Assembly (NCBI RefSeq): GCF_026210795.1
Contig: NC_089429.1
Coordinates: forward strand, 1,302,001 to 1,366,000
Source: Rhizophagus irregularis
Taxonomy: Eukaryota
Length of the DNA: 64,000 nucleotides
Direction: 5' to 3'
Part shown: piece by piece, positions 24,010 to 36,375 of the stretch
How positions within the stretch are numbered: position 1 is the first letter of the stretch
How the letters are laid out: the number at the start of each line of letters is the position of its first letter
The notes under the pieces: generated by a model
What the model was told of the DNA's origin: nothing
Database searches by the model: none
Seen by the model: the letters and a program-made list of their open reading frames with translations, nothing else
Program-made: the position numbers and the translations under genes

Positions 24010-26349
24010 ATGGAAATGGATGAATTATTGGCATGTTTTTTGACGGAAAGAAAAAGCAGACAACTTTTAATAACAGAGTATGAAGCATGGTTGAATAATA
24101 TTGTACAAATGAGTAGTAAAAAATTGGAACATCTTATCACAACTAACAACTTCGGATATAGACAAAATATTCAAAATACTATCAACCTTGAGTTAAATAA
24201 TAGAATATCCATAGCAAATTTAGAAGTAGATAAATTACATACTGGAAAATTTTTGTTATGCCAAGTGATAAGCAAATGTGTTAAATTGAGTCCCCTTTTT
24301 ACGCTCGTAGAAGATCCTGAGGGTAATGTTGAACGAATCGCTTTATATAATTGGGCTGAACAATCAGCTATTCCCGTCAAAAGTCGGAAAAAAGTACTTA
24401 CTATTTTTGAGGCATCAGAGTTTTTACCTATAGGTACCAAATTAGTGATCAAAAATCCATATTATCAAATTGCTTCCAGTTTTAATGCTATAATTAATCC
24501 AAATGGTCCTAGTACTTTTATTGATTTTGACGCCATTATTCGTTCAGATAATCCTAATGACGTTATTGTTATCAATCAGAATAACGAGCTTCTTAACAAT
24601 ATAAAGTGGTCCAATAATCTGAAGCAGAAAATAAAAGAAGCCAATAAAAAATCAGCGGTTGATGATAAAATTTTGTCAGCCGACGACTTTCGTCAAAGTG
24701 GGAATAAATATTTTGTTTCAAATGATTTTGCTGCGGCTGTTGATGAATATTCGAGTGGTATCAAACTAGATCCAAATAATGCCACATTACTTGCCAACCG
24801 TGCAGAAGCATATTTGCGATTGAATCAATTTGATAAAGCTCTTAATGATGTGGAGATCGTTCTCAAAAATGAACCTGATCATCTGAAAGCAGCTTTTCGC
24901 AAAGGTAAAGCTCTTTGTGGTCTTAAACGTTATCAAGAAGCCATCGTCGTACTTAAAGATTTGGATCTAAAGATGCAAATCAATACCGATAATTCAATTA
25001 CTCCAGTTAAGCAAAGTACTAAAACATTATTAAAACATGTGGAAATGTTGGATTCTGAAAGCCGGTATGGAAAATATGATTATATAAAGATTATTGACGA
25101 GTTTTGTGAGAAGGTTAAAATTAATCAAGAAAATGATGATTGGGTCTGTGAAACAGGACCGAGATTAGACCATGCAGATTTCCTAATTGGTGATATCGAG
25201 GTTCGTCCTGTAAAAAAAAAAGGAAGAGGTTGGGTTGCTAAACGAGACATTCCCGAAGGTACTCTCTTAATAGCATCTAAAGCGTTCGAAATAGTATATG
25301 GAAATGAGGCTCCCTTAAGCTACAGAAGCATTGATTTTACATCCAAAACCATGATTACAGCTACACATTCAGAATTAGTGGCCCGTATTGCTCGAAAACT
25401 TATAGCAGAGCCAGATCTTTGTCAGGAAGTATATAAGCTTTATGCTGGTCCAGAAATTGAAAATCTTGGCGAAAATTCAGTTGATGTGAGGAAAATTGAA
25501 AAAATTATTAAATACAATTTTTTTGAAACAAAGGATCAATGGGGTATTATGAATTCCACAAAAGAAAACAGTCGATTAACCAAAGATTCCGGAGCTGGGT
25601 TATGGATCATGCCATCCTTTTTCAATCACTCATGTGTTGATACAAATGTTGAACAGTTGATTATTGGAGATATGATCTTTTTAAGAACTTGTCAGCCTGT
25701 TTTAAGTGGCAAGGAGCTGGTTCTTAGTTATTGTAGTCCATTAGGTTCATATGATGAACGATCTAATAGCCTTAGATTACATGGTATTAAAAATTGTTCA
25801 TGTCGACTTTGCAACTTGGAAAGATCTGAATCAAAAAAAGTCAAACTTCGGCAAACCGAAATTCTTAGAACTTACGAGAATTCTCTCGGGCCTCAAGTGA
25901 AATCATCACTTTTCAGCGCTAATTTTAATTCTTCTCTCATAAAAGAATTAACCAAGTCGATTGATGAATTAAAAGATCTGCGAAAAGAACATCTGGATCT
26001 AGAATTTCAGTCATTTAATATAAAGGTTGACTTGGCTGCAGCTTATGTTAGAGATGGAAATCTCCGCCGATCTCTTCCTGTAGCGATTGAGGTATACAAA
26101 TTTGTGAAAACAGCACAAGTGCCACAATTCTCTAGTAATGCTGCCTATCAAGTTGCATCCCGGTACGCTAGACTCGATAAAATGAAGGAAGCCAAGGAAT
26201 GGTGGGACGTGGCACTAAAAGAATTGGCAGAACCTATAAGAGGAAAATTTACCAAAGAAGAGACAAAATGGAGAAAGGAAGCAATGTATTTAGCAGAAAA
26301 ACTATCACCAAAAATGGTTTCTGGTGCTAAAAATAAAGGACTCCTATAA
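24010..26349 (+). CDS. TPR- and SET-domain protein (putative lysine methyltransferase), 779 aa
   Basis: Three TPRs (ADDFRQSGNKYF...LLANRAEAYL...AAFRKGKAL). SET motifs KGRGWVA, GLWIMPSFFNHSC, ELVLSY; post-SET CSCRLC. Confidence 0.9.
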   Translation: MEMDELLACFLTERKSRQLLITEYEAWLNNIVQMSSKKLEHLITTNNFGYRQNIQNTINLELNNRISIANLEVDKLHTGKFLLCQVISKCVKLSPLFTLVEDPEGNVERIALYNWAEQSAIPVKSRKKVLTIFEASEFLPIGTKLVIKNPYYQIASSFNAIINPNGPSTFIDFDAIIRSDNPNDVIVINQNNELLNNIKWSNNLKQKIKEANKKSAVDDKILSADDFRQSGNKYFVSNDFAAAVDEYSSGIKLDPNNATLLANRAEAYLRLNQFDKALNDVEIVLKNEPDHLKAAFRKGKALCGLKRYQEAIVVLKDLDLKMQINTDNSITPVKQSTKTLLKHVEMLDSESRYGKYDYIKIIDEFCEKVKINQENDDWVCETGPRLDHADFLIGDIEVRPVKKKGRGWVAKRDIPEGTLLIASKAFEIVYGNEAPLSYRSIDFTSKTMITATHSELVARIARKLIAEPDLCQEVYKLYAGPEIENLGENSVDVRKIEKIIKYNFFETKDQWGIMNSTKENSRLTKDSGAGLWIMPSFFNHSCVDTNVEQLIIGDMIFLRTCQPVLSGKELVLSYCSPLGSYDERSNSLRLHGIKNCSCRLCNLERSESKKVKLRQTEILRTYENSLGPQVKSSLFSANFNSSLIKELTKSIDELKDLRKEHLDLEFQSFNIKVDLAAAYVRDGNLRRSLPVAIEVYKFVKTAQVPQFSSNAAYQVASRYARLDKMKEAKEWWDVALKELAEPIRGKFTKEETKWRKEAMYLAEKLSPKMVSGAKNKGLL

Positions 26350-28419
26350 GAATCACATGAATTCGTTTAAATCCCTTTCCTTAAATTAACCAATATTTTT
26401 TATGATCTGTCATAATTTCTAAGAATGTATGATTTTAAATTAAATAAATTATTTATAAATTCTGGAGTTTTTTATATAACAAATGATAACTTAGTAGAAG
26501 CATTTAATTCATATTTAACTAAAAATCCGCACAATCGCGTCTTTTAGGGTTATTGCAGATTAGAGTCTCTTCAAGGATCAATTTGATAGAAATTAAGAAA
26601 TTAAGAAGGTTATTAATATACTGTATATATACAGTAGACGGTACACTTTCCAACATATGTATTATTGATTGGCATAAGTAATAAATTTTTTATAAATTAA
26701 AATTTATAAGTGCAAGTAATGATAAAGTTTTAGAATAAGTTAGAATATATAAACTGAATTGTAGTTTAAGAAAACCTTTTTTTATATGTCGAGTTGTATA
26801 TACTGTTTACTTTTTTACTAACTTTTAAAATACAGAATGAATTTTTATATTATAAATTTACTATGTAATTCAATTGATGATTATAGACCATTTTCTTTTG
26901 GAAGTTTTCAATTTTTAAGGCCGATATTATTACTTTTATTCAAAAATTATTTGACGTACATCATGTGATCTAACTATTAAATATTTTATTATTCATTACG
27001 CCTTCGCGTAACTAATATTACACGTGTTAGATCACTAAGAATTTGATTACAAATTGATTAATTGCTTAATACTCACTCGTTTACGATATAAAAAAAAAAA
27101 ATTTATTTTTTGTATTTCATCTTATAAATTTTTAAAAAGGTGAGTGATTTCAAAATACCCATTTTATTCACAGCTTAGTAAAACTAAAATTAAAAAACTT
27201 TAGCATTAAGTTCTTAACTGAATTTTGGAGGTGTTAACTTGACAATAGTTATTATTTATCCGGTTTTTTTTTATAATTAGTTAGAAAAACTTTAGGTAAA
27301 CCTTAACTAAATCGTCAGGATTTTTAACCTGATGGTTGTTACTTATCTAAAATTCTTTTCTTACTAATAACTGAAAAAAACTTGGATGAATTTAATTAAT
27401 ATCAATTAACTCTTTCTAAATCAGTTTCTAGAAATAATGATTATTAGTTTTTTCTTTCTAATATGGAAGTAACCTTTTTTTTGATATTGGTCTGCCGATT
27501 CCGGAGGAGAAATTGGCTATGAACCTTCCTTGTTCAAAGAAAGCTTTTTCTTCCTAGCTAATAACTGTGTATAAATTGTTTTGATATTATTTACATACAT
27601 TATATATTACTGTAATATATGATTAATACTTTTTTTCTTTTCTTGTTAAGATAATCTAGAACGTCTTTTGAAAATTTGTCGATGAAAGATATGAATTTCA
27701 TAAGATTCGTATAAAGTATGGGAAGATGAGGAGTCAAAAAGAAGTTGGAATTATACCAATTTTTTAATGTATTTATTTATTGATTTATTTTTTTCGTTTC
27801 ATGTTTTTTATGTTTTTTTTATTTCCTTATTTTTTAGCTTCAGTTATCTAAGAAACGTGATAATTAAATTTTTTATAAATTAAATTTGAATATAAAATCG
27901 TTAAATTGTTTAATTAATTTGAATGAAACAAAGCAAAATCATTATTCGCGTGACGACTTCTCGAAATTAATTACGGAGAAGATTTGATTACACTAAATTT
28001 ATATGTTTCGTTACATCTAGAAAGTTGCAAAAATTATTTTAGCAATGATCTGAATTCGCGTGAGAACATAAATCGAAAAAAAATTTTATCATCTTTTAAA
28101 AGACATGAAATATCAATCATCTGGTTTTCTTACTAGTTAAATCGAAAAGTATCACGAAGAATTAAAAATTTAACCAATTCTTATTCGAGTTTATCTTATA
28201 AGTAATAAATTTATTCAAAGCTATTTAACTTAAAAAATTTATATTTATTTTCAAGAATTCAAAAAATTATACTGAAAATATTTTAATAATATATACAAAG
28301 CATATATTTATATTTGAAGATACATATTAGAAAAAGATTTTATCATATTAAGTTCATATAATCAAAATTGCATTTGGTATAGACGTACTTAATGACATTC
28401 AATTTATACTAATATTAAT

Positions 28420-30330
28420 TACTGATGCAAATTACGTGTAATGTATTTAGCGAATAAATTCACTTGTACTACAGTATATAAGTCCGATGTTCTTTGCATT
28501 CCCCACATTTTTGTATCTCCTGCTTATTAATATAATACCTTCCCTTATATGCTATCCGTGGCAAATACCTCCATAAATATTATTCCCTAGGCTATTATAC
28601 AGACACCATCGCGCATCAAATCGAATTCTGATATCCTTAATATGGACCGTATTACCTTAAGGGCATAACTCTTTTATTGTAAATAGTAAATACTTCTTTC
28701 TCAATATACTGTAGCAATTTATTGAATCCTCTCGTCATCAAAACTAAGTTAAGGTAGTGTGAATTAATCTGTTATATTTCAAGAAGATAGTCAAATAGAA
28801 ACTGGATAATATATACACTGCATACCTTTTCGTGTAATTAACATACTTTTCCTCACAAGCTAAAATGTATTATCTATAAAATTAACGTTCTTTTCCTTTT
28901 TAGGCGTCTTTATATACACCTTACACTAATATCTGGGAGAATACCCACGCTATGTATTGGACTCTTCCGACTCCTTGTACGCAAAAACTCTGAGATAATC
29001 TGCGATGTTTTTTAGCCAGCATAATCGGTGCTGCTCTTAAATAGAAGATCAATTCAAAAAAGCTCAATAAAAATGTATCTTAAGCGATTAGAAAATAAGA
29101 GGATTCTAACATTTCACAATACCATTCTGAAAATAAAACAACTTGATCAACGAACTTCATGGTCAATCATTGTTCGTTAATGTTTGCTGAAATGTTGAAT
29201 GTACGCTTGCAAAGTTTGGCTTTATGATGTAGTATTTTTTTAATTTCCTTTCGTATAGTCTCAGAAGTAGCATTTTATCTGATGAATAACAAAAATTACA
29301 AAAAATTACTCAGATAGCACTTATAAAGAAAAAGAGATTCATAAAGGTTAACTTACATCATCATTGAATTCCATATTCATAATCCAAGGTGGACATTGAA
29401 GAACAATAATATTCCTGGGTTCGTCAACATCATTTATCGTTACTCCAATATCCATCACCTTTCATCGCACATGTAGGTACTCACGCGTTCTTTGCCTTGG
29501 ATATTTACCGAATTTAATATCGATGTTGGTCAAATTTCTAAAGATCTCGTCTCGGAAACCATACTTGTTAATTAGTATAGTATATCCTTGCACCTACTTT
29601 CCTCGGAATGTATTGAGTAACGACGTAAGGTTAAGCCATAAGAACATAGGTATTTACGCAAAATAATTCTTTATGCTAAATAACTTCTGTAAATAAAACA
29701 ATAAGAGGTCATTAACATTTCAAGCCGGTTGATAACGGTAAAAATCTACTTTGTAATCTCAGTATGCCAATACGAAGTCGGTAATAACGTGTCAAATCAA
29801 TGTTCGAGATGGATTCATTTACCTAGTTCACTCTTCAATGTTTTTGCTGAAGTTAATAAACAGTGTTCAAACAAAATGTCAATAAATTCCAGAAATGCAT
29901 AATAATTAATACTTTACTTGGCTTTCTCCTCAATAACTTGTTCTCTGCAAATAAAATGTCAGTTGGATCTCCATAAAAGATATATTTCCTTCGACCCTTC
30001 ATCTTTCCTATACAAGATAAAAGTGACAATTAATTTGTACTGCGTGTGAGTAAGAAACTAAACTCAACCTGAAACAACAAGTACGCATTGCCAATAAGCA
30101 ACTAGAAAGTTGGTTTGTGACGGTGCAAAGTAAGTGTGCATTGCACACTAACACAATTACGGTATGCTCACTTACAATTACGCAAAATCTCTCATTGCCA
30201 GTACGCAACGAGCAAGGTAGTTGGGGATGGTGTAATACAACCAGTCAATTCGAAATTTTTGTCCGTACATTCTGTCGATTTCAGACGTTTCGGTATAGTG
30301 CTTATGGATAGTTTTTATTTCACAAATATA
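28420..30330 (-). pseudogene. Degenerate multi-exon gene relic, possibly TPR-like
   Basis: GC-richer exon-like blocks separated by GT-AG intron-like segments on the minus strand, with many stops. A motif recurs: TIPNYLARCVLAMR / TVTNQLSSCLLAMR. Confidence 0.3.
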
Positions 30331-30816
30331 ACGAAGGTTTCTCCGCTCTACTTCCAATTTTTTTTTTCGTGTGAACAAAATGAAAGTTGATCTATTTTCT
30401 GTTAGAACTAAAACTGCGTCACTTATAATTTGTAGAACATTGAGCACATCAAATTGATTGGTTCAGAAACGCGTCTTAAATGAATATATTTTTTTTTCTT
30501 TTGATCAAATAAATGAATTTTGTACAATAAAATGAAAATAAATAAAATAAAAAGAAAAGAAAAGAAAGTGTAAAAAAATTATTTTCGCAGAAAATAAATT
30601 TAAATTTTAATATACAGGAAAAAAAAAATTAAAAAAAAAATTACAAATATGCTTTTTAATAAAAAATTACAATTCCTCTAAAAAAAAAGAAAAAAAAAAA
30701 GAGGAAGAAAAAAAATTATTCAACCATTTTATTCCCTCCCTCATTTATTTATAATACTGTTCTACAGTAAGTTAATATCTATACGTAAATTAATTCTATT
30801 TTTTCCTTTTTAATAA

Positions 30817-33147
30817 CTACCTCCTCTCTCGATAATCACCGTAATTGTAAGTATAATCATTACTGCGTGTATTGATTAATCCGCTTCTAGTATAACTACT
30901 TCTACTACTCGTGGTATTATTAGTAGTAGTTGTAGTATTAGAAGAATTTCTATTTCTTCTACCACTACCAATTCTTCTTATTCTATCAACGAAACTTCCA
31001 GATCTAGAAATCGTAGGATTAGAGCTATCTCTTCTGTTACTACTATTAAAATCACTGCTGGGAGGAATATTTGTAGAATCATTACTATGTGGGCTATTTC
31101 TATTAGAATCATTGATATTTAATTGAGTAGGTGAAGGATTATTAAAAGGAAACGGTGGAGAGTGTGAAGAAGGGGAATATGAAGTATTATATGGGGGAGT
31201 ATACGAAGGATTATAAAATGGAGGAGTATGTGAAGGAGGATTGGGAGGATTGGGAGGAAAATATGGGGAATTATAAGTTGGTGAATGTGAAGGATTAATA
31301 TAAGGTGAATATGAAGAAGCAGCATTCATGTTAGCGTTTGAAGAATGATAAAAAGGAACAGGTGGTTGATCATGTTCATTATAAGTTGATATAGGATCTT
31401 GATGTGGATAATATCCTTGTTGAGGAATGAAGCCATGTTGTGGGACCACACCGGAATATACATCATTTTGTACTATTTGTGGTTGATTAGGTGAATACCG
31501 TTGTTGTAATGGAATGTTATAACCAATAAATTCGTTATATACATTATTATTATTATTATAACCACCGCTACCGCTACCGCTACCACGACCACTACTAGCA
31601 TCATAACCATTATTACTGCTATAATTACTATAATTTTGATAGTATTGTTGTCCGCTCCCTCTTCGAACTTTTTTATTCATTTGTGCCATTTGAGGTGCCA
31701 TTTGAGGTGAATGTCTATCATAATACATGCCATCCAATCCATCACTGCCTCTATTAGAACTAGTTTGACTAGTATTAATCGAATTCGTAAATGAAAATTG
31801 TGCCGAATTTTGAGAATTTTGAGTATTTTGATTATCTTGAATATTATTATTTTGAGATAGAAAATGGTCACTACCAGGAGTAATAATAGCAGAACTCGTA
31901 TCATTAGTTTTATTATCATCATCATCATCTTTTTCATTCTTTTTTTTCTTTCTTTTATAGAAACATATAAAGGCAGTAAGTATAATGACTAAAATTATAA
32001 ATCCTGCTACTGAACCTACGATAATTATGATAAGAGTATATGATGGACTTGATGGTTTTGGAGGTTCAAAAGTATCTACCCAAGTAAAATTTCTTGTATC
32101 TAATAAATATAATCCTGATGAAGTTTCTAATGGGTTTGTTAAAGAATTAGTTATATTACCAAATGTCATAATCATATAGTCACCGATCACGATAGATGTA
32201 GAATATATAAGTGGAGGTGGTTCTTTTCCATACGTTTGTGGTATAGACCAACGAAATTTTCCTTTTTTCGTATCTAAGACGGCTAAAACGGGTGAGGCGG
32301 ATACCCAAGTTTCATTATTTACCCCTCCATCAATTACTCCACCATAAATTATTATTTTTTCGTCACTAGTTAAAGCAGCTTGATGACCCCTTCTTGGACC
32401 AATTTGATCTCCATCGGCTTGTGTAATACCCCATAAAGACTGTTTAGTATCAAATATTGATAATTGACTCATGTCAACATAATCAGGTAAACCCTTATCA
32501 TTAATTTCCCATCCTCCAATATAAATTATCATACCATTCTTTAATAGTGTAGCCGTATAATCACTACGTTGACGTGGTGTAGTGAAATCATTAGCTGAAA
32601 TATTTAAACTCCATCTTAAATTAATTGAATCAAATATATTCATATCTTTAAATACATTATATTCATCTTGACCACCAAATAAATATGCTTCACCATTATT
32701 ATCAACAGGAATTTGCATTTTTCTTCTTAATGATGGAACAACTCCAATAGGTGGTATATTCCATGACTGAGTTCTCGTATCAAATAAATAAATTATATTA
32801 TCATAAATGAGGGAAAAATTTGTTGGATTTTTTCTTTCTCCTCCATAAAGAAATATTTGATCCTTTGAATTACCTCCCGCGAATGATTGTGCTTGTGATA
32901 TTCCTACTGGAATAGGTGATTGTACGATTGTCCATGGTGGATTATCTATTCTGAATGGTTTTGAAACATCTAAAAAAAATGTTTGTGTGGATAAACTATT
33001 ATTTTCTGAACCTGAACCTAATCCTCCAAAGAAATATAATTTTGTACCAACTAATGTACTTGAATGTCCGTATCTTGGTTCAGGTAAAAGTGGTTCAACA
33101 GGTGTTAAAACTAAACTTATTATGAATAAATATATGTATAGTTCCAT
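30817..33147 (-). CDS. Single-pass membrane protein: signal peptide, Kelch/galactose-oxidase-type beta-propeller, TM helix, long low-complexity cytoplasmic tail (776 aa)
   Basis: Hydrophobic N-terminus. Kelch motifs PRYGHSSTLVGTKLYFFGG, AYLFGG, IIYIGG, PRRGHQAAL..IIIYGG. TM IIIIVGSVAGFIILVIILTAFICFY followed by KRKKKK; N/S/P/Y-rich tail. Confidence 0.9.
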   Translation of the reverse strand: MELYIYLFIISLVLTPVEPLLPEPRYGHSSTLVGTKLYFFGGLGSGSENNSLSTQTFFLDVSKPFRIDNPPWTIVQSPIPVGISQAQSFAGGNSKDQIFLYGGERKNPTNFSLIYDNIIYLFDTRTQSWNIPPIGVVPSLRRKMQIPVDNNGEAYLFGGQDEYNVFKDMNIFDSINLRWSLNISANDFTTPRQRSDYTATLLKNGMIIYIGGWEINDKGLPDYVDMSQLSIFDTKQSLWGITQADGDQIGPRRGHQAALTSDEKIIIYGGVIDGGVNNETWVSASPVLAVLDTKKGKFRWSIPQTYGKEPPPLIYSTSIVIGDYMIMTFGNITNSLTNPLETSSGLYLLDTRNFTWVDTFEPPKPSSPSYTLIIIIVGSVAGFIILVIILTAFICFYKRKKKKNEKDDDDDNKTNDTSSAIITPGSDHFLSQNNNIQDNQNTQNSQNSAQFSFTNSINTSQTSSNRGSDGLDGMYYDRHSPQMAPQMAQMNKKVRRGSGQQYYQNYSNYSSNNGYDASSGRGSGSGSGGYNNNNNVYNEFIGYNIPLQQRYSPNQPQIVQNDVYSGVVPQHGFIPQQGYYPHQDPISTYNEHDQPPVPFYHSSNANMNAASSYSPYINPSHSPTYNSPYFPPNPPNPPSHTPPFYNPSYTPPYNTSYSPSSHSPPFPFNNPSPTQLNINDSNRNSPHSNDSTNIPPSSDFNSSNRRDSSNPTISRSGSFVDRIRRIGSGRRNRNSSNTTTTTNNTTSSRSSYTRSGLINTRSNDYTYNYGDYRERR

Positions 33148-34197
33148 AATTAACCATCATCAAATTTCTCTTATAAATACAGCGTTAATATTAAATTTTT
33201 ACATTAAAATAAAAAAAAACTAAGTATTCTTGTTTTGGAGATAAAATTTTTTAGTTTTTATTTTTTAAAGTAAAGAGAAAAAGGAAGAAAAAAAAAATTT
33301 TTTTCGTTAAAAATAAATTTTTATATATCCCTTAATCATAAAAGGTTTGTGTTCAGACTTTTATAATTACATGCAGAGTAAAAGGACTCTCATTATTATA
33401 ATGGGTCCTCGGTTTTTTATCAAAAAATCGAAAAGGTAAACAAAGGAGATCAAAACTTAGAAATGATTTTCTGTTTATATTTACATATTTAATGAAATGT
33501 CATTAACGGGAAGTTTTTATTAACGGGAAATATAGGAAAAGTATATATATAAACAATACATGATTTAATAAATTTGTATTTACTATATAAAAAAATATCA
33601 CAAACAAAAAAAATTCGGATTTTTTTTTTAATTTCTAATTATTATTATTTTTTTTTTTCACGGGCGTTATTTTTGGTCATAATTATGTTGAATGTTGATC
33701 AAATTATCCTTTTTAATTTATTCTTTACACATTATTTTTATTAGTTGTTTCATTTTTCTTGATCTAACAAATATAAAAAACCTTATCAAAATTTCCCCAT
33801 TAGTTAGTTGAAAAGCCTCCGGAATTCGGCACCGATAATATTTCTGAATTTGGGTATTCTTTTGGATTTTTCTTTTTGACATGTGACATTTGTGTTACCA
33901 TTTAACAAGTTTAAATAGTAAATAAATGAATGGATAATCTAAGAATAACATTTATTAATTCTTTTATTGATTTTATAAATGTCAAAATACGGTTTTCAAA
34001 ATTAGTTGTTGTGTTGCTCAAAATGTTTATACAATAATATAGCATACTACGTATAATTTATGTATTTTTTTTTTCCTGTCAGATTTTGGGACGGCAATAT
34101 TGGGGATATTTTACTATTTACTATATTTTCTTTCTCACACTCTCTCCCTTATTTTATGTCTCTTTTTTTTTATTATTATTAATGTCATCATCTTAAA

Positions 34198-35056
34198 ATG
34201 AAGTTCAAAGAGAAAATTTTTATCTTAATATTTATTCTCTTTTCAATAATAATAACCCTTACATTTTTAGTACAAGAAAATCCTTATGATGTATTACCAG
34301 AAAAAACAATATATGATCAGAATCCAGTTTCAACTAATCATACAAAAGAGGATAAAGAACTTCCAAAGTATGAAAAAAAAAAAATTTATTTAATTAAAAA
34401 TAGTCAAATATATTAATTAAATACATACATAAATACATATTTTATTATGCTTAAATTTTTAGGGAAGCAAATGTTTTAGAAAATGTACAAAAATCACAAA
34501 GTCCTATTAAGCCAATCGAGACGAGACCTACCCATGTATCTACTGCTACTATGGATAACTCTTCAACTATTAATCTGTAGGTTGAAAGAAAAAGTTATAT
34601 ATTGTATATAATTATACATAATTTCTAACAACTTTAATTTTTAATTTTAGACATATTAACGCATCGCCTACAAATAATGATGTAGCAATTGCTACCATTG
34701 ATGATTCAAAAAGTATTGTAAAGATTGCTACTATTGATGATTCAAAAAGTGTTGTAAAGATTGCTACTATTGATGATTCAAAAAGTGTTGTAAAGATTGC
34801 TACTATTGATGATTCAAAAAATGTAACGATTGCTACTATTGATAGTTCAAAGGATTCAAAAGATTCTTCTGGAGCAGTTGCTCCTGTTGATAATTTAAAA
34901 AATAAAAATAATTCTTCTGAAGAAAGCGCCGGTATTGATAGTCCAAAAGATACAAACAATTCTTCCGCAGAGATTGCTGATGTTGATAGTTCAAAGGATA
35001 CAAAGAATTATTCTGCAAAGAATGATGATGATGATAATACCTCAAGGGAGTTGTAA
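34198..35056 (+). CDS. Small secreted or signal-anchored repeat protein (~229 aa); exons 34198-34367, 34463-34576, 34651-35056
   Basis: Two GT-AG introns give a continuous 690-nt frame ending TAA at 35054-35056. Hydrophobic N-terminus; 36-bp repeats encode KSVVKIATIDDS; D/S/N-rich C-terminus. Confidence 0.75.
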
Positions 35057-35699
35057 CGATCAATGCTATTAATAGTTGAAAAGATATAAATAATTATTCC
35101 ATAACGATCGCTGTAATATTCCTCCTATATAGAGTAATTCATATCAAGATTAATGGAAATTCCATCTGATGTACATAATTACCATAAATAAATAAATAAA
35201 CACGTTCTATATATTCAATACCGTAAGCAGTGTGTAAGCACAATACAGAAAAAAAAAGGATATGGAATTTATAGATAAAAAATTATGCCATACTATCGAG
35301 TAAGATGGTTCGAATAGCGCTCATATTGCGCGATTTTAATAACTTATTTTTGTCTCTTATGCAACATAAATACAGTATGGTAGAGTATAAATGGAATTAA
35401 ATAGCATTTGTTAAATACATTTTTACAAATAATTTTATTGAAGGCAGCCATGATTTTTTGGCGACAGAACAAATCAACGTTCGAATAAATGTATAAAATT
35501 GCTGGTCTGAAATTTGATGTGCCTCATCTTCAAAAGCGGGTATTTTGTACGTTCAGGAATTTATTTTTAAAAAATGGTAAAATAATTTAAACAACTCAAA
35601 AAAGTAAACGTTAATCTCCAATGACAGTATACGATATCAATTTATTGTTTTAGATGAATATACATAATTAAAAAATTATAACACCACAATTTAATGTTC

Positions 35700-36375
35700 T
35701 TAAACATAAAATAATAATACAACTAGTTGTACCAGTAGAGTTAAGTAGAAACTGGTGGTAGCGCTTCTTATTATTGATGATGGCGATCCTGCTATTGCTG
35801 ATGATGATGATAATGTGACTTTGGGTGTTTTTGATAGTGGTAATGAAGACGATGTAGTTGTAGGTGATGGGAAAACAGACTCTGTAGATGATGGAGATGA
35901 TGGTGGTGCTTTTTTAGGCGCGGGAGGAAGTGGAGGTGTTTTTTTGGGTGCAGGAGGGGGTGGAGATGGTGCTTTTTTAGGCGCAGGAGGGGGTGGAGCT
36001 GGTGATTTAGGTGCAGGAGGAGGAGGTGGTGGTTTATTAGATGAAGGCGATGATGGTGCTTTAGCAGCAGTGGCTGGTGGTGACAGCTGTGAGAACGTTG
36101 ATCCTTCAGAGACTGTAACTTGGCGTGATTGTAAGCGGTTCTGTAGTGATCTTATATTTGGCTTTCTCCAACCCCTAAAAGTTATTAAACTATTTTTATT
36201 CATACAATATATTCATTATTTTTTTTTAAAAAATTCCTTACCTTGATGGTGAATTTCTTTTGACTAGTCCTAGTTTTTTAGAATTGTCATGTGAAGTTTT
36301 TCGGGCTGATATCAAAATTAATAAAGTTGAAAAGATTATTATAAGTAAATGGATAATTTTCGTTTGAACTTTCAT
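35700..36375 (-). CDS. Secreted Pro/Lys-rich, probably GPI-anchored surface protein (~202 aa); exons 36375-36242, 36174-35700
   Basis: One GT-AG intron links MKVQTKIIHLLIIIFSTFINF...LVKRNSPSR in frame to the tracked ORF. PPPAPKK-type repeats, S/T-rich stalk, hydrophobic C-terminus FYLTLLVQLVVLLFYV. Confidence 0.8.

Noticed and set aside
26619..26636. tactgtatatatacagta palindrome as a Tc1/mariner footprint
   Set aside because: Too short and AT-rich to distinguish from chance; no partner TIR found.
34612..35063. Minus-strand ORFs of 115 and 75 aa
   Set aside because: Antisense to the spliced repeat-protein gene.
35755..36246. Gly/Asp-rich 163-aa plus-strand ORF
   Set aside because: Antisense shadow of the Pro-rich gene, which has the signal peptide, intron and GPI-like end.
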